Source of the DNA: a virus
DNA: 64,000 nucleotides
IMG/VR virus record: IMGVR_UViG_3300020463_000007
Coordinates: 91,566 to 155,565 of that record
Strand: one strand, 5' to 3'
The notes under the pieces are model-generated. The model did no database searches. It was not told the origin of the DNA and saw nothing but the letters and a program-made list of their open reading frames with translations. A program made the translations under genes and the position numbers. How positions within the stretch are numbered: the first letter of the stretch is position 1; each line of letters opens with the position of its first letter. Below are positions 9,690 to 22,800 of this stretch, one piece after another.

Positions 9690-10139
9690 ATGAGTTCAAG
9701 AGAGAAAAAAATTTATGCAGAAATTACAGTACCAGGCAACAAATCTGAGCAATCTGTAAACACAAAAACTACATATAGAGGCATGAGTACAGTAAATTCT
9801 GATAATAATACTGTAAGTCTATACGATATCTCATTAATAAAACAAGATTTAATTAATCATTTTCATATACGCCAAGGTGAAAAATTAAGTAATCCTGAAT
9901 TTGGTACAATAATTTGGGACGCTTTATTTGAACCATTAACTGAAACACTCAAAGATGCAATTACGCAAAATGTAACAAAAATTGTAAACAGCGATCCAAG
10001 AACAAATGTAGACAAAATAGTTATTGATCAATACGAACAAGGAATACAAATAGAATGCACTATCACTTATCTTCCGTTTAATATATCAGAAACTTTAAGA
10101 ATGAGATTCGACGAAGATGCAGGCTTTTTGAAGTCCTAA
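9690..10139 (+). CDS. gp25: Baseplate wedge protein gp25-like
   Basis: IKQDLINHFHIRQGEKLSNPEFGTIIWDALFEP...DPR gp25/GPW motif. Confidence 0.85.
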   Translation: MSSREKKIYAEITVPGNKSEQSVNTKTTYRGMSTVNSDNNTVSLYDISLIKQDLINHFHIRQGEKLSNPEFGTIIWDALFEPLTETLKDAITQNVTKIVNSDPRTNVDKIVIDQYEQGIQIECTITYLPFNISETLRMRFDEDAGFLKS

Positions 10140-10192
10140 TTATATGCGTACTTTACTATATACAATAAATAGTGTAACAAGGAATATTACAT

Positions 10193-13100
10193 ATGCCGGC
10201 AACAGATAGACAGAATAGATTATTATTAGCAGAAGATTGGAGACGCATATACCAATCTTTTAGAAATGCTGATTTTCAAAGCTATGACTTTGACAATTTA
10301 CGTCGGACTATGATAAACTATCTTAGGGAAAACTATCCTGAAGATTTCAACGATTATATTGAATCAAGTGAATATCTAGCACTTATAGATCTCATTGCTT
10401 ATATGGGACAAAATATCTCATTTAGAATTGATCTTAACGCACGAGAAAATTACTTAGAATTAGCTGAGCGTAGAGAAAGTGTTTTACGTTTGGCACGTTT
10501 GCTGTCATACAATCCTAAAAGGAATCAAGCAGCTAACGGTTTAGTAAAAGTTGAAAGTGTAAGCACTACAGAAGAAATACTAGATTCTAATAATGTTAAT
10601 TTAGCAAATCAAACCATTGTTTGGAATGATCCAACAAACCCTGATTGGTATGAACAGTTTGTAAAAGTACTTAATTCTACCTTACCAGTAAATGCAAAAT
10701 TTGGTCGTCCTATTAAAAAAGATATTTCTAGCGGAATCCCAACTGAACAGTATCGCATGTTAAGCACAAATACAGAAGTACCTGTGTATAGTTTTTCAAA
10801 AAACATAGACGGCAGAAGTGCAAGATTTGAAATAGTATCAACAGATATTAATGATCAAGTAATACAAGAAGAAGCACCATTTCCAGGAAATAATTTTGCA
10901 TTCTTATATAGAGATGATGGGAGAGGTAGTGCAAGTTCAAACACAGGATTCTTCAGTCATTTCAGAGAAGGAGCGATAGACGAAGGTGTTTTTAATATTA
11001 CTACACCTAGCACTAATCAAGTTGTATCAATAGATGCTACAAATGTTAATAATACTGATGTATGGTTATACAAATTAGACTCATTTGGATCAGAACAAGA
11101 ATTATGGACAAAGGTAGATTCTGTTGAAGGCAACAATGTTGTGTACAATAGTTTATCAAAAAGTATTAACAATATTTACGCTGTTTTAACAAGGGTAGAT
11201 GATAGAATTAGTTTAATGTTCTCAGACGGCGTTTTTGGAAATCTACCAAAAGGAAGTTTTAGAGTTTTTTACAGAGTCAGTAAAAATGAAAGAGTTATAA
11301 TTACTCCAGATGATATGAGGGGTATTACTGTCTCTATTCCTTATCTTTCCAAGACAGACAAAGTTGAAACATTAACCTTGACTTACGAATTAAAATACAC
11401 CATTGATAATTCTACAGAAAGTGAGTCTAACGCAAGTATAAAACAAAATGCTCCTTCAACATATTATACACAAAATAGAATGGTCACAGGTGAAGATTAT
11501 CAAATTGCACCATTAGGAATAAGTCAAGAAATAATAAAAGTAAAATCTATTAATAGAACGTCTAGTGGAATTTCACGTTACTTTGATTTAATAGATGCTA
11601 CAGGCAAATACAGTAAAACAAATTTATACGGTACAGACGGAGTTTTGTTTAAGGAAAATTTAGATCCTAAAACATCATTTAGTTTTGTTACAAAAACTGA
11701 TGTTGAAGGAGCAATAATTAATACGATACAACCTATTTTACGGGATAAAAAATTAAGAAATTATTACTATGATAATTTTCCTAAAATTTCAACAATTGAT
11801 CTTGGTGTTACTTGGGTGCAATCTACAAAGACAACTAATTTAAGCACAGGGTATTTTAAAAATTCAGCAGGTGTAACATCTCAGTTAGGTGCATTTACTT
11901 CATCTTTGTTGAAATTGTTAGTACCTGGGTCATTAATTAAATTTTTACCCCCAACCGGGCAAAGTTTTTTGAATACAGATCTTGTTAGCACCACAGGATA
12001 TCAAGGGAAAAAAGGTGTAGTAGATTATAAATGGGTAAAAATTGCCGCAGTGACAGGTGATGGTACTATTGTTGCAACTACAGGACAGGGTCCTGTATCT
12101 TTAAATGATATTATTCCTAACGGTTCAAGATTATCAGAAATTATTCCAGGACTAGCAGGTTCATTGGAAACAGACGTAGCAACACAATTAATTGATCAAG
12201 TATTTGCATATAAAACTTTTGGTCTGAGATATAGTACGGATTCACAATCTTGGAGAATAGTCACTGAAAACAATTTAAATATAAATTCTCCTTTTAGTAC
12301 AGGTAAGACAGGAGATATTTCTAATCAACAACTAGATAGCAGTTGGTTGTTGCTATTTGAAACTAATGGCGAAACATATACTATTAAAAATCGTGCTATG
12401 AGATATATTTTTGAAAGTAATCAAGAGATGAGATTTTATTTTGATAAAACAGATAAAATTTACAATAATTTAACCGGTAAAATTGTTAAGGATAAAATAA
12501 GTGTTTTAAATATTAATACACAACCAGATAGTGCTTCACCATTTACTGTTAACTACGATTGGGAATTAACAGAAGAATACAGAGATGCTGAAGGATATGT
12601 TGATAGTAAAAAAATAGAAATTACCTTTTTTGATAGCGATGACGATGGCGTAGTTGACGACCCTAATATTTTTGATACTATTGTTGATGAAACAACAAAT
12701 CCTCTTACAAAATATATTTTCCAGGAAAAAATTACTACCACAGACGGAGTAGAAGATTTTAATTATATTTCTGCTACATCGTTAAATGTTATTGTTCTAA
12801 GCACTGAAGGGTCACTTAATCCTTTAAGCACATATACAAATGGACAGTTATTTTATTTTGCAACTCCTAATATATTTAAAATTTATGATAGTAGCATAGG
12901 AATTTTAGTCCAGACTACAAATTATAGAGCAAGAGTTGGTAGAGACGATATTACCTTTCATTATATACATGGAGCAGATGATAGTTCGAGAATAGATCCT
13001 AGTGCAAGTAATATTATTGACACATATATTTTAACTAAAAGTTATGATACGGATTATAGGCTTTATTTAAATGATGCAGGTACATTGCCTTTACCACCTA

Positions 13101-13807
13101 GTTCAGATGCTTTAGCTCTTTCTTATAATGCTGAATTAGCAAAAATTAAATCATTATCTGATGAAATAATTTATCATCCAGTTAAGTATAAAGTACTTTT
13201 TGGAAGTAAAGCGGAGGCAGATTTGCAAGCAACATTTAAAGTAGTAAAAAACCCAGATCTAGTATTAAATGATAACGATATTAAATCAAGAATTATTGCT
13301 GCCGTTAACGAATACTTTGCACTCGAAAATTGGGATTTTGGAGATAAGTTTTTCTTCTCAGAAATGGCAAATTACGTTATGTCTCAAATGACACCAGACT
13401 TAGTTACTTTTATTATAGTGCCTAATCAATCATCTCAAGTGTTTGGTAGTTTATATGAAATTAAAGCAGAAAGTGATGAAATTTTTATAAGTGGTGCCAC
13501 AGTTGATAATATAGATGTTATTGATGCAGTCACAGCAACAAGACTACGAGCTGATGGTACTGTTGTCACATCAAGCACAAGAGTAAGTGCAGGTATACAA
13601 AGCTCTACAACAACAGCACAAACAACAACAGGAGCAACTACTACATCAACTGGTTCTAGTAGTTCTAGTACTGCAACTGGTTCAACAGGAGCAACAGGTA
13701 GTAATTATGGCACAAGTAGTTCAAGCAGTTCATCAAGCAGTTCATCAAGTAGTTCATCAAGTAGTTCATCAGGTAGCTCAGGTTCAAGTAGTAGCGGAGG
13801 TTACTAA
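10193..13807 (+). CDS. gp6: Baseplate wedge protein gp6-like with Ser/Thr/Gly-rich C-terminal tail
   Basis: DFDNLR...YPEDFNDYIESS, ENYLELAERRESV, FSDGVFGNLP, QNRMVTGEDY gp6/baseplate-J motifs; ATAAATA upstream at 10165-10171. Confidence 0.85.
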   Translation: MPATDRQNRLLLAEDWRRIYQSFRNADFQSYDFDNLRRTMINYLRENYPEDFNDYIESSEYLALIDLIAYMGQNISFRIDLNARENYLELAERRESVLRLARLLSYNPKRNQAANGLVKVESVSTTEEILDSNNVNLANQTIVWNDPTNPDWYEQFVKVLNSTLPVNAKFGRPIKKDISSGIPTEQYRMLSTNTEVPVYSFSKNIDGRSARFEIVSTDINDQVIQEEAPFPGNNFAFLYRDDGRGSASSNTGFFSHFREGAIDEGVFNITTPSTNQVVSIDATNVNNTDVWLYKLDSFGSEQELWTKVDSVEGNNVVYNSLSKSINNIYAVLTRVDDRISLMFSDGVFGNLPKGSFRVFYRVSKNERVIITPDDMRGITVSIPYLSKTDKVETLTLTYELKYTIDNSTESESNASIKQNAPSTYYTQNRMVTGEDYQIAPLGISQEIIKVKSINRTSSGISRYFDLIDATGKYSKTNLYGTDGVLFKENLDPKTSFSFVTKTDVEGAIINTIQPILRDKKLRNYYYDNFPKISTIDLGVTWVQSTKTTNLSTGYFKNSAGVTSQLGAFTSSLLKLLVPGSLIKFLPPTGQSFLNTDLVSTTGYQGKKGVVDYKWVKIAAVTGDGTIVATTGQGPVSLNDIIPNGSRLSEIIPGLAGSLETDVATQLIDQVFAYKTFGLRYSTDSQSWRIVTENNLNINSPFSTGKTGDISNQQLDSSWLLLFETNGETYTIKNRAMRYIFESNQEMRFYFDKTDKIYNNLTGKIVKDKISVLNINTQPDSASPFTVNYDWELTEEYRDAEGYVDSKKIEITFFDSDDDGVVDDPNIFDTIVDETTNPLTKYIFQEKITTTDGVEDFNYISATSLNVIVLSTEGSLNPLSTYTNGQLFYFATPNIFKIYDSSIGILVQTTNYRARVGRDDITFHYIHGADDSSRIDPSASNIIDTYILTKSYDTDYRLYLNDAGTLPLPPSSDALALSYNAELAKIKSLSDEIIYHPVKYKVLFGSKAEADLQATFKVVKNPDLVLNDNDIKSRIIAAVNEYFALENWDFGDKFFFSEMANYVMSQMTPDLVTFIIVPNQSSQVFGSLYEIKAESDEIFISGATVDNIDVIDAVTATRLRADGTVVTSSTRVSAGIQSSTTTAQTTTGATTTSTGSSSSSTATGSTGATGSNYGTSSSSSSSSSSSSSSSSSSSGSSGSSSSGGY
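13727..13774 (+). repeat. 12-bp tandem repeat (AGTTCATCAAGY-like x4) encoding poly-Ser
   Basis: agttcatcaagc agttcatcaagt agttcatcaagt agttcatcaggt, read directly. Confidence 0.9.
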
Positions 13808-16800
13808 TGGCTTACGATAATCATCAAAAAGATGGCAACGCTGATCCAAACGCTAAAAGAAAATCAGAACAACATCTACCTAAATATTTTAGAACAGTAC
13901 CTAACAGCAAATTTCTATCAAGCACAATAGATCAATTAATACAGCCTGGAACAGTAGAAAAACTTAATGGATATTATGGCCGTGAGACTGCGGCTTCATT
14001 TAACAAAGATGACAACTATATTGGAGATTTCTCAGACAGCAGAGAGAATTACCAGTTTGAACCTGCTACAGTAATTAAAGATAATTTAGGTAGCGTAAAA
14101 TTTTACAAAGATTATAATGATTATATGAATCAGCTTGTAAGTTACAATAGTAAGGTTAAAGATCATAGTGTCACAAATAAACAAGAGTATTACAGTTGGA
14201 ATCCCCACATTGATTGGGATAAATTTATAAACTTTAGAGAATATTATTGGTTACCTAGCGGACCACAAACAATAGATGTAAGAGGACAAACCACTGAAGT
14301 AGTCAGCACTTATACTGTTACACTAGCAGATAACTTAGATAATTTTGGTTATGTGTTTTCACCTGATGGTCTTACACAAAATCCGACTATTAAATTATTT
14401 AGGGGAATTACATATAAGTTTGATATCAACACACCAGGATTACCTTTTACTATTAGAACTAAAAGATCATTAGATGATACTTTTTTACTTACAAATACCA
14501 CAAGTAATATTGATAATCAAGGTACAGAAGAAGGTGTAATTACTTTTACTCCAACTGATACTACTCCTGATATTTTATATTATGTAGCAGATAATGATAT
14601 AGAAGCAGCAGGTTTGATCAAAGTTGCTAATATTGAAGAATCTTCAGCTATAGATATTGACGCAGAAGTATTAGGTAAAAAAACTTATACAACAGGAGCA
14701 GGTTTTGATTTATCAAACGGAATGAAAATAAAATTTATCGGGGAAGTTACTCCTGAAAAATATGCTACTGGTGAATATTTTGTTGAAGGAGTTGGCGATA
14801 AAATTGTTTTAATAAATCAAAATGAATTAACTGTTCCTAGTGCATTTGTTAACGATGTATCCGTTAATTTTGATCAACAAGGTTTTGATAGACAACCTTT
14901 TGATACCGCTATTGGTTATCCTACAGTTAGAGATTACATGTTAATAAACAGATCTGCTAATGATGGAAACTTATGGAGTAGATATAATAGATGGTTTCAT
15001 AAATCAGTAATTGAACAAAGTGCCTCTTTAAATGGACAACCTGTAAGCGTAGATGAATCAGCTAGAGCTAAAAGGCCAATTATTGAATTTAACAAAGGAC
15101 TTAAATTATTTGACTTTGGAACACAAACTAAAACTAATGTAAATCTTTTAGATACCCATACACAAGATGTATTCTCTACTATAGAAGGTAGCACAGGATA
15201 TAATATTGACGGAGTAGATCTTATAGATGGTATGAGAATACTTTTTACAGCAGATCCAGATCCCTTAGTCAACGGTAGAATTTTTGAAGTGAAATTTTTT
15301 AAATTTGATGGACCAGAAATAGAAATAGATCAAAATATTAAACAAATTTCTTTGATTGAAGTAGCAGACTCTAAACCAATTACCAATGAAGTAGTATTAG
15401 TAAGCCAAGGCAATACATATAAAGGATTGATGTATTATTATAACGGTACTACATGGAAGCAAGCTCAAACTAAGACTAAGGTAAACCAGCCACCTTTATT
15501 TGATTTATTTGATGAAAATAATAAAAGTTTTAGCGATACCACCGTATATAATTCTTCATCATTCAAAGGTAACAAAATTTTTAGTTATAAAGAAGGAACT
15601 ATAGGTACTGCTGATAATGAAGTTGGCGTGATTTTATCTTATAGGACTATCACAAATGTTGGAGACATAACGTTTAAATTTGATCTACTTACAGAATTTT
15701 TTGAGTATTTAATAGGTAGTCAATTATATTACAAAAATACTGATATAGGATTTTTACAAAAATATTCTGCAATCGCAAGTTACACTAATTTAAACGCTTG
15801 GCAAAAGGCTCCTACAGATAGTAAGCAACCTGTAATAAGACAATATGTATTTGATAATTCTACATCTATATTTGACATAGATGTTTATGAAGATAGTGCC
15901 GCTTTAGCTGATTTAAGTTTAACTGTATTTTTAAATAATGAATTAAAATTGAAAGATGTAGATTATGAAATAGGCACATCTCCTAATAATCTTAAAACAG
16001 TTAAATTTTTATCTCCAGCTTGGACAAGTCAGACAGGACTTACTGTAGGAGATAAGGTGGTTTTAAAAACCACATCATCAGCACAAAAAAATGACAACGG
16101 TTATTATGACTTTCCAAGTAACTTAGAAAGAAATCCACTTAATAATAATTTAAATGAATTTACAGTAGGAGAAGTTAATAACCATGTATCAAGTATTGTT
16201 GAAGACCTATCTGATTTTTCTGGAAAATTTCCTGGCAAAAGTAATTTAAGAGATTTAGGAGACGTAACAAAATACGGTAACAGATTTGTAAAACATAGTT
16301 CTCCGCTAAACTTAGCAATGTATAGTATGTTAGATAAAGAGTCTAACTTAATATCTTCCATGAGATTTGCAAGAAGAGAATATAGCAAATTTAAAAGATC
16401 ATTTTTACAGGTAGCACACGATTTAGGTTGGGAAGGTCCAGTAAAAGAACATGTAGATAGGATTATGGCAGATTTGAATAAGGATAAAATTAATTCAATG
16501 CCATTTTACTTTTCAGATATGGTGCCTCAAGGATCTTTCACAAAAACAACACATCAAATAGATGACAACACAGAGGAATATTTTTTACTTTCTAAAACAT
16601 TTACATTAGATACAGTAAGTAGAGATTCAGTTCAAGTATACCTTAATAGCAAACAATTAGTTCATAACAGAGATTACACGTTTAACAGCGAAGGCTTTTG
16701 TAGAGTAACTGCACCTAAAACAGGTGGTGATTTGTTAGACATATACGAATATGAAACTACAAACGGAAGTTACGTGCCTCCTACTCCTACAAAACTTGGT

Positions 16801-19800
16801 CTGTATCCAAGTTATGAACCAGAGGTATACATAGATAATACGGTGCAAATAAATGCTCCGGTATCTCCTTCTGGCGCATATAAATTTTATGGGGTAGCTG
16901 GCGCTAATCAAATGGGTGCAGGAAAATTGGGTTGGTTTTGGCCATTATATGCTACACAATCTGAAGCTGTTGCCAAAGATATAGAGCAAGGTGGAGCAGG
17001 AGCAGCTCATAGACATACTTTTGTTGGATTAAACAGAACGTTTTATATGCCTAACACAAGTTCTAACCACGGCACTACTGAACCTGAACAAAATATTGAT
17101 GAATGGATAGAAGGCGCACCAGTAATCCAAGGTCATGATGGTAGTAAAACTGTTGCATATAAAGATTATAGAGATACCTTACTTTTAGAATTAGAATTAA
17201 GAATTTTTAATAATCTTAAAGTAAAATACGATACAAATTTATTTGATATACATGACTTTCAAGGAGGCGAATATAGAAAAACCGATTTTGATAAATCAGC
17301 TGTAGATAGTCCAATGTTGTCAGACTTCATTCAATGGACTAACTTAGTAGATAAAGATTATACATTACACGATTTTTATAACAGAACAAATACATTTACT
17401 TTTAATTATGAAAGTGCAGCATCGCCTAGCGGCACACTTATGCCAGGTTTCTGGAGAGGTGTATATAGAGATGCATATGATACAGATAGACCACATACTC
17501 ATCCTTGGGAAATGCTTGGCTTTTCAATAAAACCTACTTGGTGGGAAACACAGTATGGTCCTGCACCTTATACAAAAGATAATTTAGTGTTATGGACAGA
17601 TATACAAAACGGAGTAGTCAGAGAGCCTAATAAAAAAATTAAAATTTTAAACAAATACAAAAGGACAAATTTATTAGATCATATTCCTGTAGATGAAAAT
17701 GGTAATCTTATTAGTCCAAACGATTCAGGATATGTACAAAGTTTCGATTCCGCAAGACTAGGACAGTCCTTTAAATTTGGTCATGAAGCGCCTGTAGAAA
17801 CTGCATGGCGAAGAAGCAGTGAATATCCTTTTAGTTTAATTACGGCTTGGACACTCAGCCAGCCATCTAAAGTTTTGGCTACAGGATTCGATAGAGCAAA
17901 CCAAGTAAAAAATTTAACTAATCAAATTGTTTACAAAACACAAAATAATCAGATAAGGTTATCTAATTTAATTTTTCCAAACACACACTTAGATACAACA
18001 CAAACTTATACTTCGGGGCTGATTAATTACATTGCAGGATATATGGCAAGTAGTGTAGTATTATCATATACAGAGTATAAAAATAATATTAAAAATATTA
18101 CAAATCAAATTGGATTTAAAGTAGGCGGATATACTGATAAAAATAAGTTTAAATTAATTTTAGATAGTAGAACACCTCTTAATGAAGGTAATGTTTTTGT
18201 ACCAGATGAAAACTATAATATCTTTCTTAATAAAAGTTCTCCAGTACAAACTATATCATATAGCGGATTAATTATAGAAAAAAGACCTAATGGATATAAA
18301 ATTAAAGGGTATGACAATTATACAACTGCCTTTAAATATTTCCCTCATTTTGAAAGAGATAGAGATCCAGTAATTACTGTTGGAGGAACATCTGAACCAT
18401 ACTCAGAATTTGAAGGAGGGCGAACTTATACTGTAGGTAGCATTGTAGAAAACGCAGGAAAATTTTATAGAGTAACTACACAGCACATAGCTGGAGATAC
18501 ATTTGATGATTCTAATTTTGCATCATTGACAAAATTACCAGTGCAGGGCGGCCGTGAAATTATTTTACGCCGGGAGTTTGCGTCTTTTGCTCCTTTAGAA
18601 TTACCTTATGGAACTATTTTATCAAGTATTCAAGATGTTTGTGATTTTATTCAAGGCTATGGAAAGTATTTAGAATCATTAGGTTTTGTATTTGATAATT
18701 TTAGAAAATCTGCAAGTGTAGTAGATGACTGGGAAACAGCTACTAAAGAATTCGCATTTTGGACTTTACATAATTGGTCTGCAGGCACGCTAATAAGTTT
18801 AAGTCCAGCAGCAAATCAACTAAAATTTAGAAGTAATTATAGTGTAGTCGATAATATCTTTGAAGGATTTTTTGGATATACATTATTGAAAGTAGATGGT
18901 CGGAAATTAACAAATGATTTTGTGCAGGTTGATAGGCAGAATCCAAATGAATTTATTTTAAGGCCAAAAAATACTGCTGACGGAATTTTTGCAATCAAAC
19001 TTCCATTAGTGCAAAAAGAGCATGTTGTGTTATTAGATAACAAGACAGTATTTAATGATACAATATATGATCCAGAGCCTGGATATAGACAAGAAAGAAT
19101 TAAAGTATTAGGGTATAGAACTACTAATTGGGATGGTAGTTTAAACATAGAAGGTTTTGTATATGATGAAGCCTATATAGAAGATTGGCAACCTAATAAA
19201 GATTACTTTATAGGAGACATAGTAAAATATAAAGAATTTTATTATAATGCAAATAGCAAAGTTCCTGGAACACAATCATTTGTAGATAAAAACTGGACAC
19301 GCCTAGATTATAAACCAGAATCTGGATTAAGTCCAAATTTCGAGTATAAGACAAATCAGTTTGCAGATTTTTACGACTTGGATAGTGACAATTTTGATAG
19401 TGAGCAACAGAGATTAGCACAGCATCTTATTGGTTATCAAAAAAGAAAATACCTGGAAAATATCATTAATGATGATGTGTCACAGTATAAATTTTACCAA
19501 GGATTTATTCAAGATAAAGGAACAAAAAACGCATTAACAAAATTATTTGATGTATTAGGAAGTGCAGACAAAGATAGCTTAGAATTTTATGAAGAATGGG
19601 CAATAAAACGTGGACAATATGGATCTGCCACAGGTTTTGATGAAGTAGAATATAAATTAGACGAAAACAAATTTAGACTTTCGCCTCAGCCTATAGAATT
19701 AGTAAAAAGTATTACTGGTGAAGAAACCGACTTGGTATATAGAATCCAACCTTATGAAACATATCTTAAACCAAAAAATTACAGTCACTCACCCTTTCCA

Positions 19801-22800
19801 AAGAAATATGTAGCACCTGAACAAGGGTTTGTTAAAGATAGCGGTTATGTTAATCAAGAAGATGTAAAATTTATTGTAAAAGATTTTGATTCAATTTTAA
19901 ATATAGATTTCTCAAATTGTAATCAAGGTGATTTAATTTGGGTCGGCAATGATAAACTTACTTGGAATATATACAGGCATGACACTACTGATTTTATTGT
20001 AGAAAAAGTTACTGGTGGAGATACAGAATTTACTGTATCATTAACTTCTACACCTGCAAATATACAACCAGGAGATATATTCGGAGTATATGACTTAATC
20101 AGTACCACACTTGATCAAGCAGATAGTACTTTTGCGAATGCTAGTACGACTAAAGCAGCTATAGGATCTTTCTTTAAAGTCAAATCTGTCAGCTTAGAAA
20201 AAATTACGTTTGAAAGTCCTGATAAAGTTGATGACGTTGAAGATTGTAAAGGTAGGTTAAGCAAACTTGTTTCTGTAAGAACAGATAGTTTAACTAAATT
20301 AAATGAGTTAGCACAAAAATTAGCTTCCACAAAATCTAAATTTTGGGTTGATAAAGCTGACGGAGATAATTGGACAGTATATGAAGCTACACAAGCATTT
20401 CAAAAATTACAAGATATAAGCAGTGGTGAAAGTATACCTAATGAGACATTTGCAACATCTATCACTGCTAATAAATCTAACACAGTTTTAGCTGTTGGTT
20501 CACCAGACGAGGACGATGGGCAAGTTTACATCTACACTAGAGGTTCAGCTAGTGCAAATTTTGTTTTGTCTCAAGTTATTACTGCTCCTACAGATACTGC
20601 ATTTAGTTTTAAACAGTTTTATACAGGAGTCACTTATACTATAGGAGAATTAGTAAAGGCAAATAATAAATTTTACACAGTTGCGGAGACACATATAGGC
20701 GGTGTAAATTTTGATGTAACAAAATTTACCTTATTAGAGAAACCTCCTAAACTTCAAAAGTTTGGTAGTGCAATATCAATTAGCCAAGACGGCAAATATT
20801 TAGTAGTAGGCTCTCCTAATGCAAGTAATGTAAAAACCAAATATAAACAAGATTACAACGCCAGTACGTCATATATTTTAGATGATATTGTAAATTACAA
20901 CAATAAACTCTGGAAAGCTACTACATCGATAGTACCGCAATCCGTAAGTATACAGTTTACAAGTTTCGGAAGTGTTGTGCAACAAATTGAATCTGTAGGA
21001 AACACTACACAATCTTCAGAACAGATAGATGTGATTTTAACAGGAAAATATCCTTTCACAGGAATCAATGTTGATCACGTCTTGGTAAAACTTCCAAAGT
21101 TAATGTATGCTGGTTTGGATATAAATGATCAAATAAAACTAAAGTGGAATAGTAAAACTATTGCAAATCAAGAGCAAACAACATACACATCAAAGATACC
21201 ATTCCCAGGTGGCGGTATGCCAGAGTTAAGTTCATCTTTCTTTAGTAGCACTCATCAGGTGCAAATGAAAGTAGATCTAATACTTAACATAAATGCCTTT
21301 ACTAACCAACCTGTAGCAGGAGATAAAGTTCAGACTCAAACAGGTTCGGGAACAGTTGCTTATTCATATGAAGTTGGAGGCAGTATAGGATTATACTTAA
21401 ACAATATTACAGGAAGTTTTGATGCCACTGATAGTTTGTTTCTTGCAAGTGGCGACTTCGTAGGAGAATATACTACATCAGCACCGTCAGAATCTATAGA
21501 CGTCAGCAGTTATTATGGTGGCTATGTGATGATTACAGTTCCAGGTGGTTATAATATTTTTGCAACTACATCAGATCAAGCTAAGGGGCTAGTTTATCAG
21601 GAAGCTATTACTGATAGCTCAGCACCATCTAATTATTATTATAATTCAAGAGACTTTGAGACTACTACAGTACAAAGTGAAGATACTTTAGCTAGTTATA
21701 TAGAGACACTTACTTATCAAGGGTTACCAGGCGCAGGCGGAGCGACTACTCCTTTCCTAAGTCCTTTTTATGTAATTAGAGCACCAAAAGCAATCACAGA
21801 CACATTATCTAACGGAAACACTTTTAAATTTTTTGTTCCTTCGTTAGCTAGATACTCCTCAGGTATAGATAATAATCCATCTAATATAGGATTATCTTAT
21901 GCAGAAACAAACAAAGAACTTACTGTATACGATTTATGGGACGGCTATATTAAGTTTCAATTTACAAAATTTAATTTATTTGGTGAGCCTTTTGAACCAA
22001 GAATAGGAGATACTGTAGAAGATGTAACAACAGGCGCTACTGCTGAAATTACATTTTATCAAAGAGATGCGTTGAATGCAACAATATTTGTAAAAAATGT
22101 TGTAGGTAATTTTTCCAATGGTTCATTATTTGGAAACAATGCAGAGATTAAATTTTTAGGAACTCCTACTGATCCAAGTCCTATATATCAAGTTGATCGT
22201 GTGATGGGAGAAATTCAACGAAAATCTTTAGGATTATCCGCAGAAGGAATAGGTAAATTAATTGTAGTTGATTCAGGAGCAAACATTCAGGTTCCATCAA
22301 CTTCTGCAATGACAGATACAGAATATTGGTTTTATCAAGAAAACACAGTTGCAGGAGTACCTGTAGCTGCAAACTTACCTAGTGCAGGCAATAATGACTG
22401 GATTAATGTTTATAGTATTCCAGCAGTAAGTGGTGCAACTGCAAGTGATTTCGAGAATCAAGGAATGTACTCTGTATTTGGCACAGGCTCAACAAATAGA
22501 TATGGATTTTTACAAAGCTATATTGTACCAGAAGCAAAAGAAGATTTTTACTTAGGATCTGAGATAAAGGTTACAAAGAAAAACGATTTGTACAGATTAT
22601 TTGTACACGCTGGTGAGGATTATACTAGATTTAGAGATTTTAGAAATCTTAAAAAAGATCTTGATGATAGCACTTTTCAACCAGGCAGAACTTACTTTGT
22701 TAAGCATGGTACAGACGAGCTAGGAGCAACATGGGATTGGGAATTAGCTAAGGATAAAAGATTTCAAGGTACGTTTAGTAATCTTGTAAGCTATCAAACA

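Noticed and set aside
13700-13800. Possible CRISPR or origin repeat
   Set aside because: Contiguous 12-bp units without spacers, in frame within a coding sequence.
13587-13820. 77-aa ORF with HQVV repeats
   Set aside because: Alternate-frame shadow of the poly-Ser repeat in gp6.
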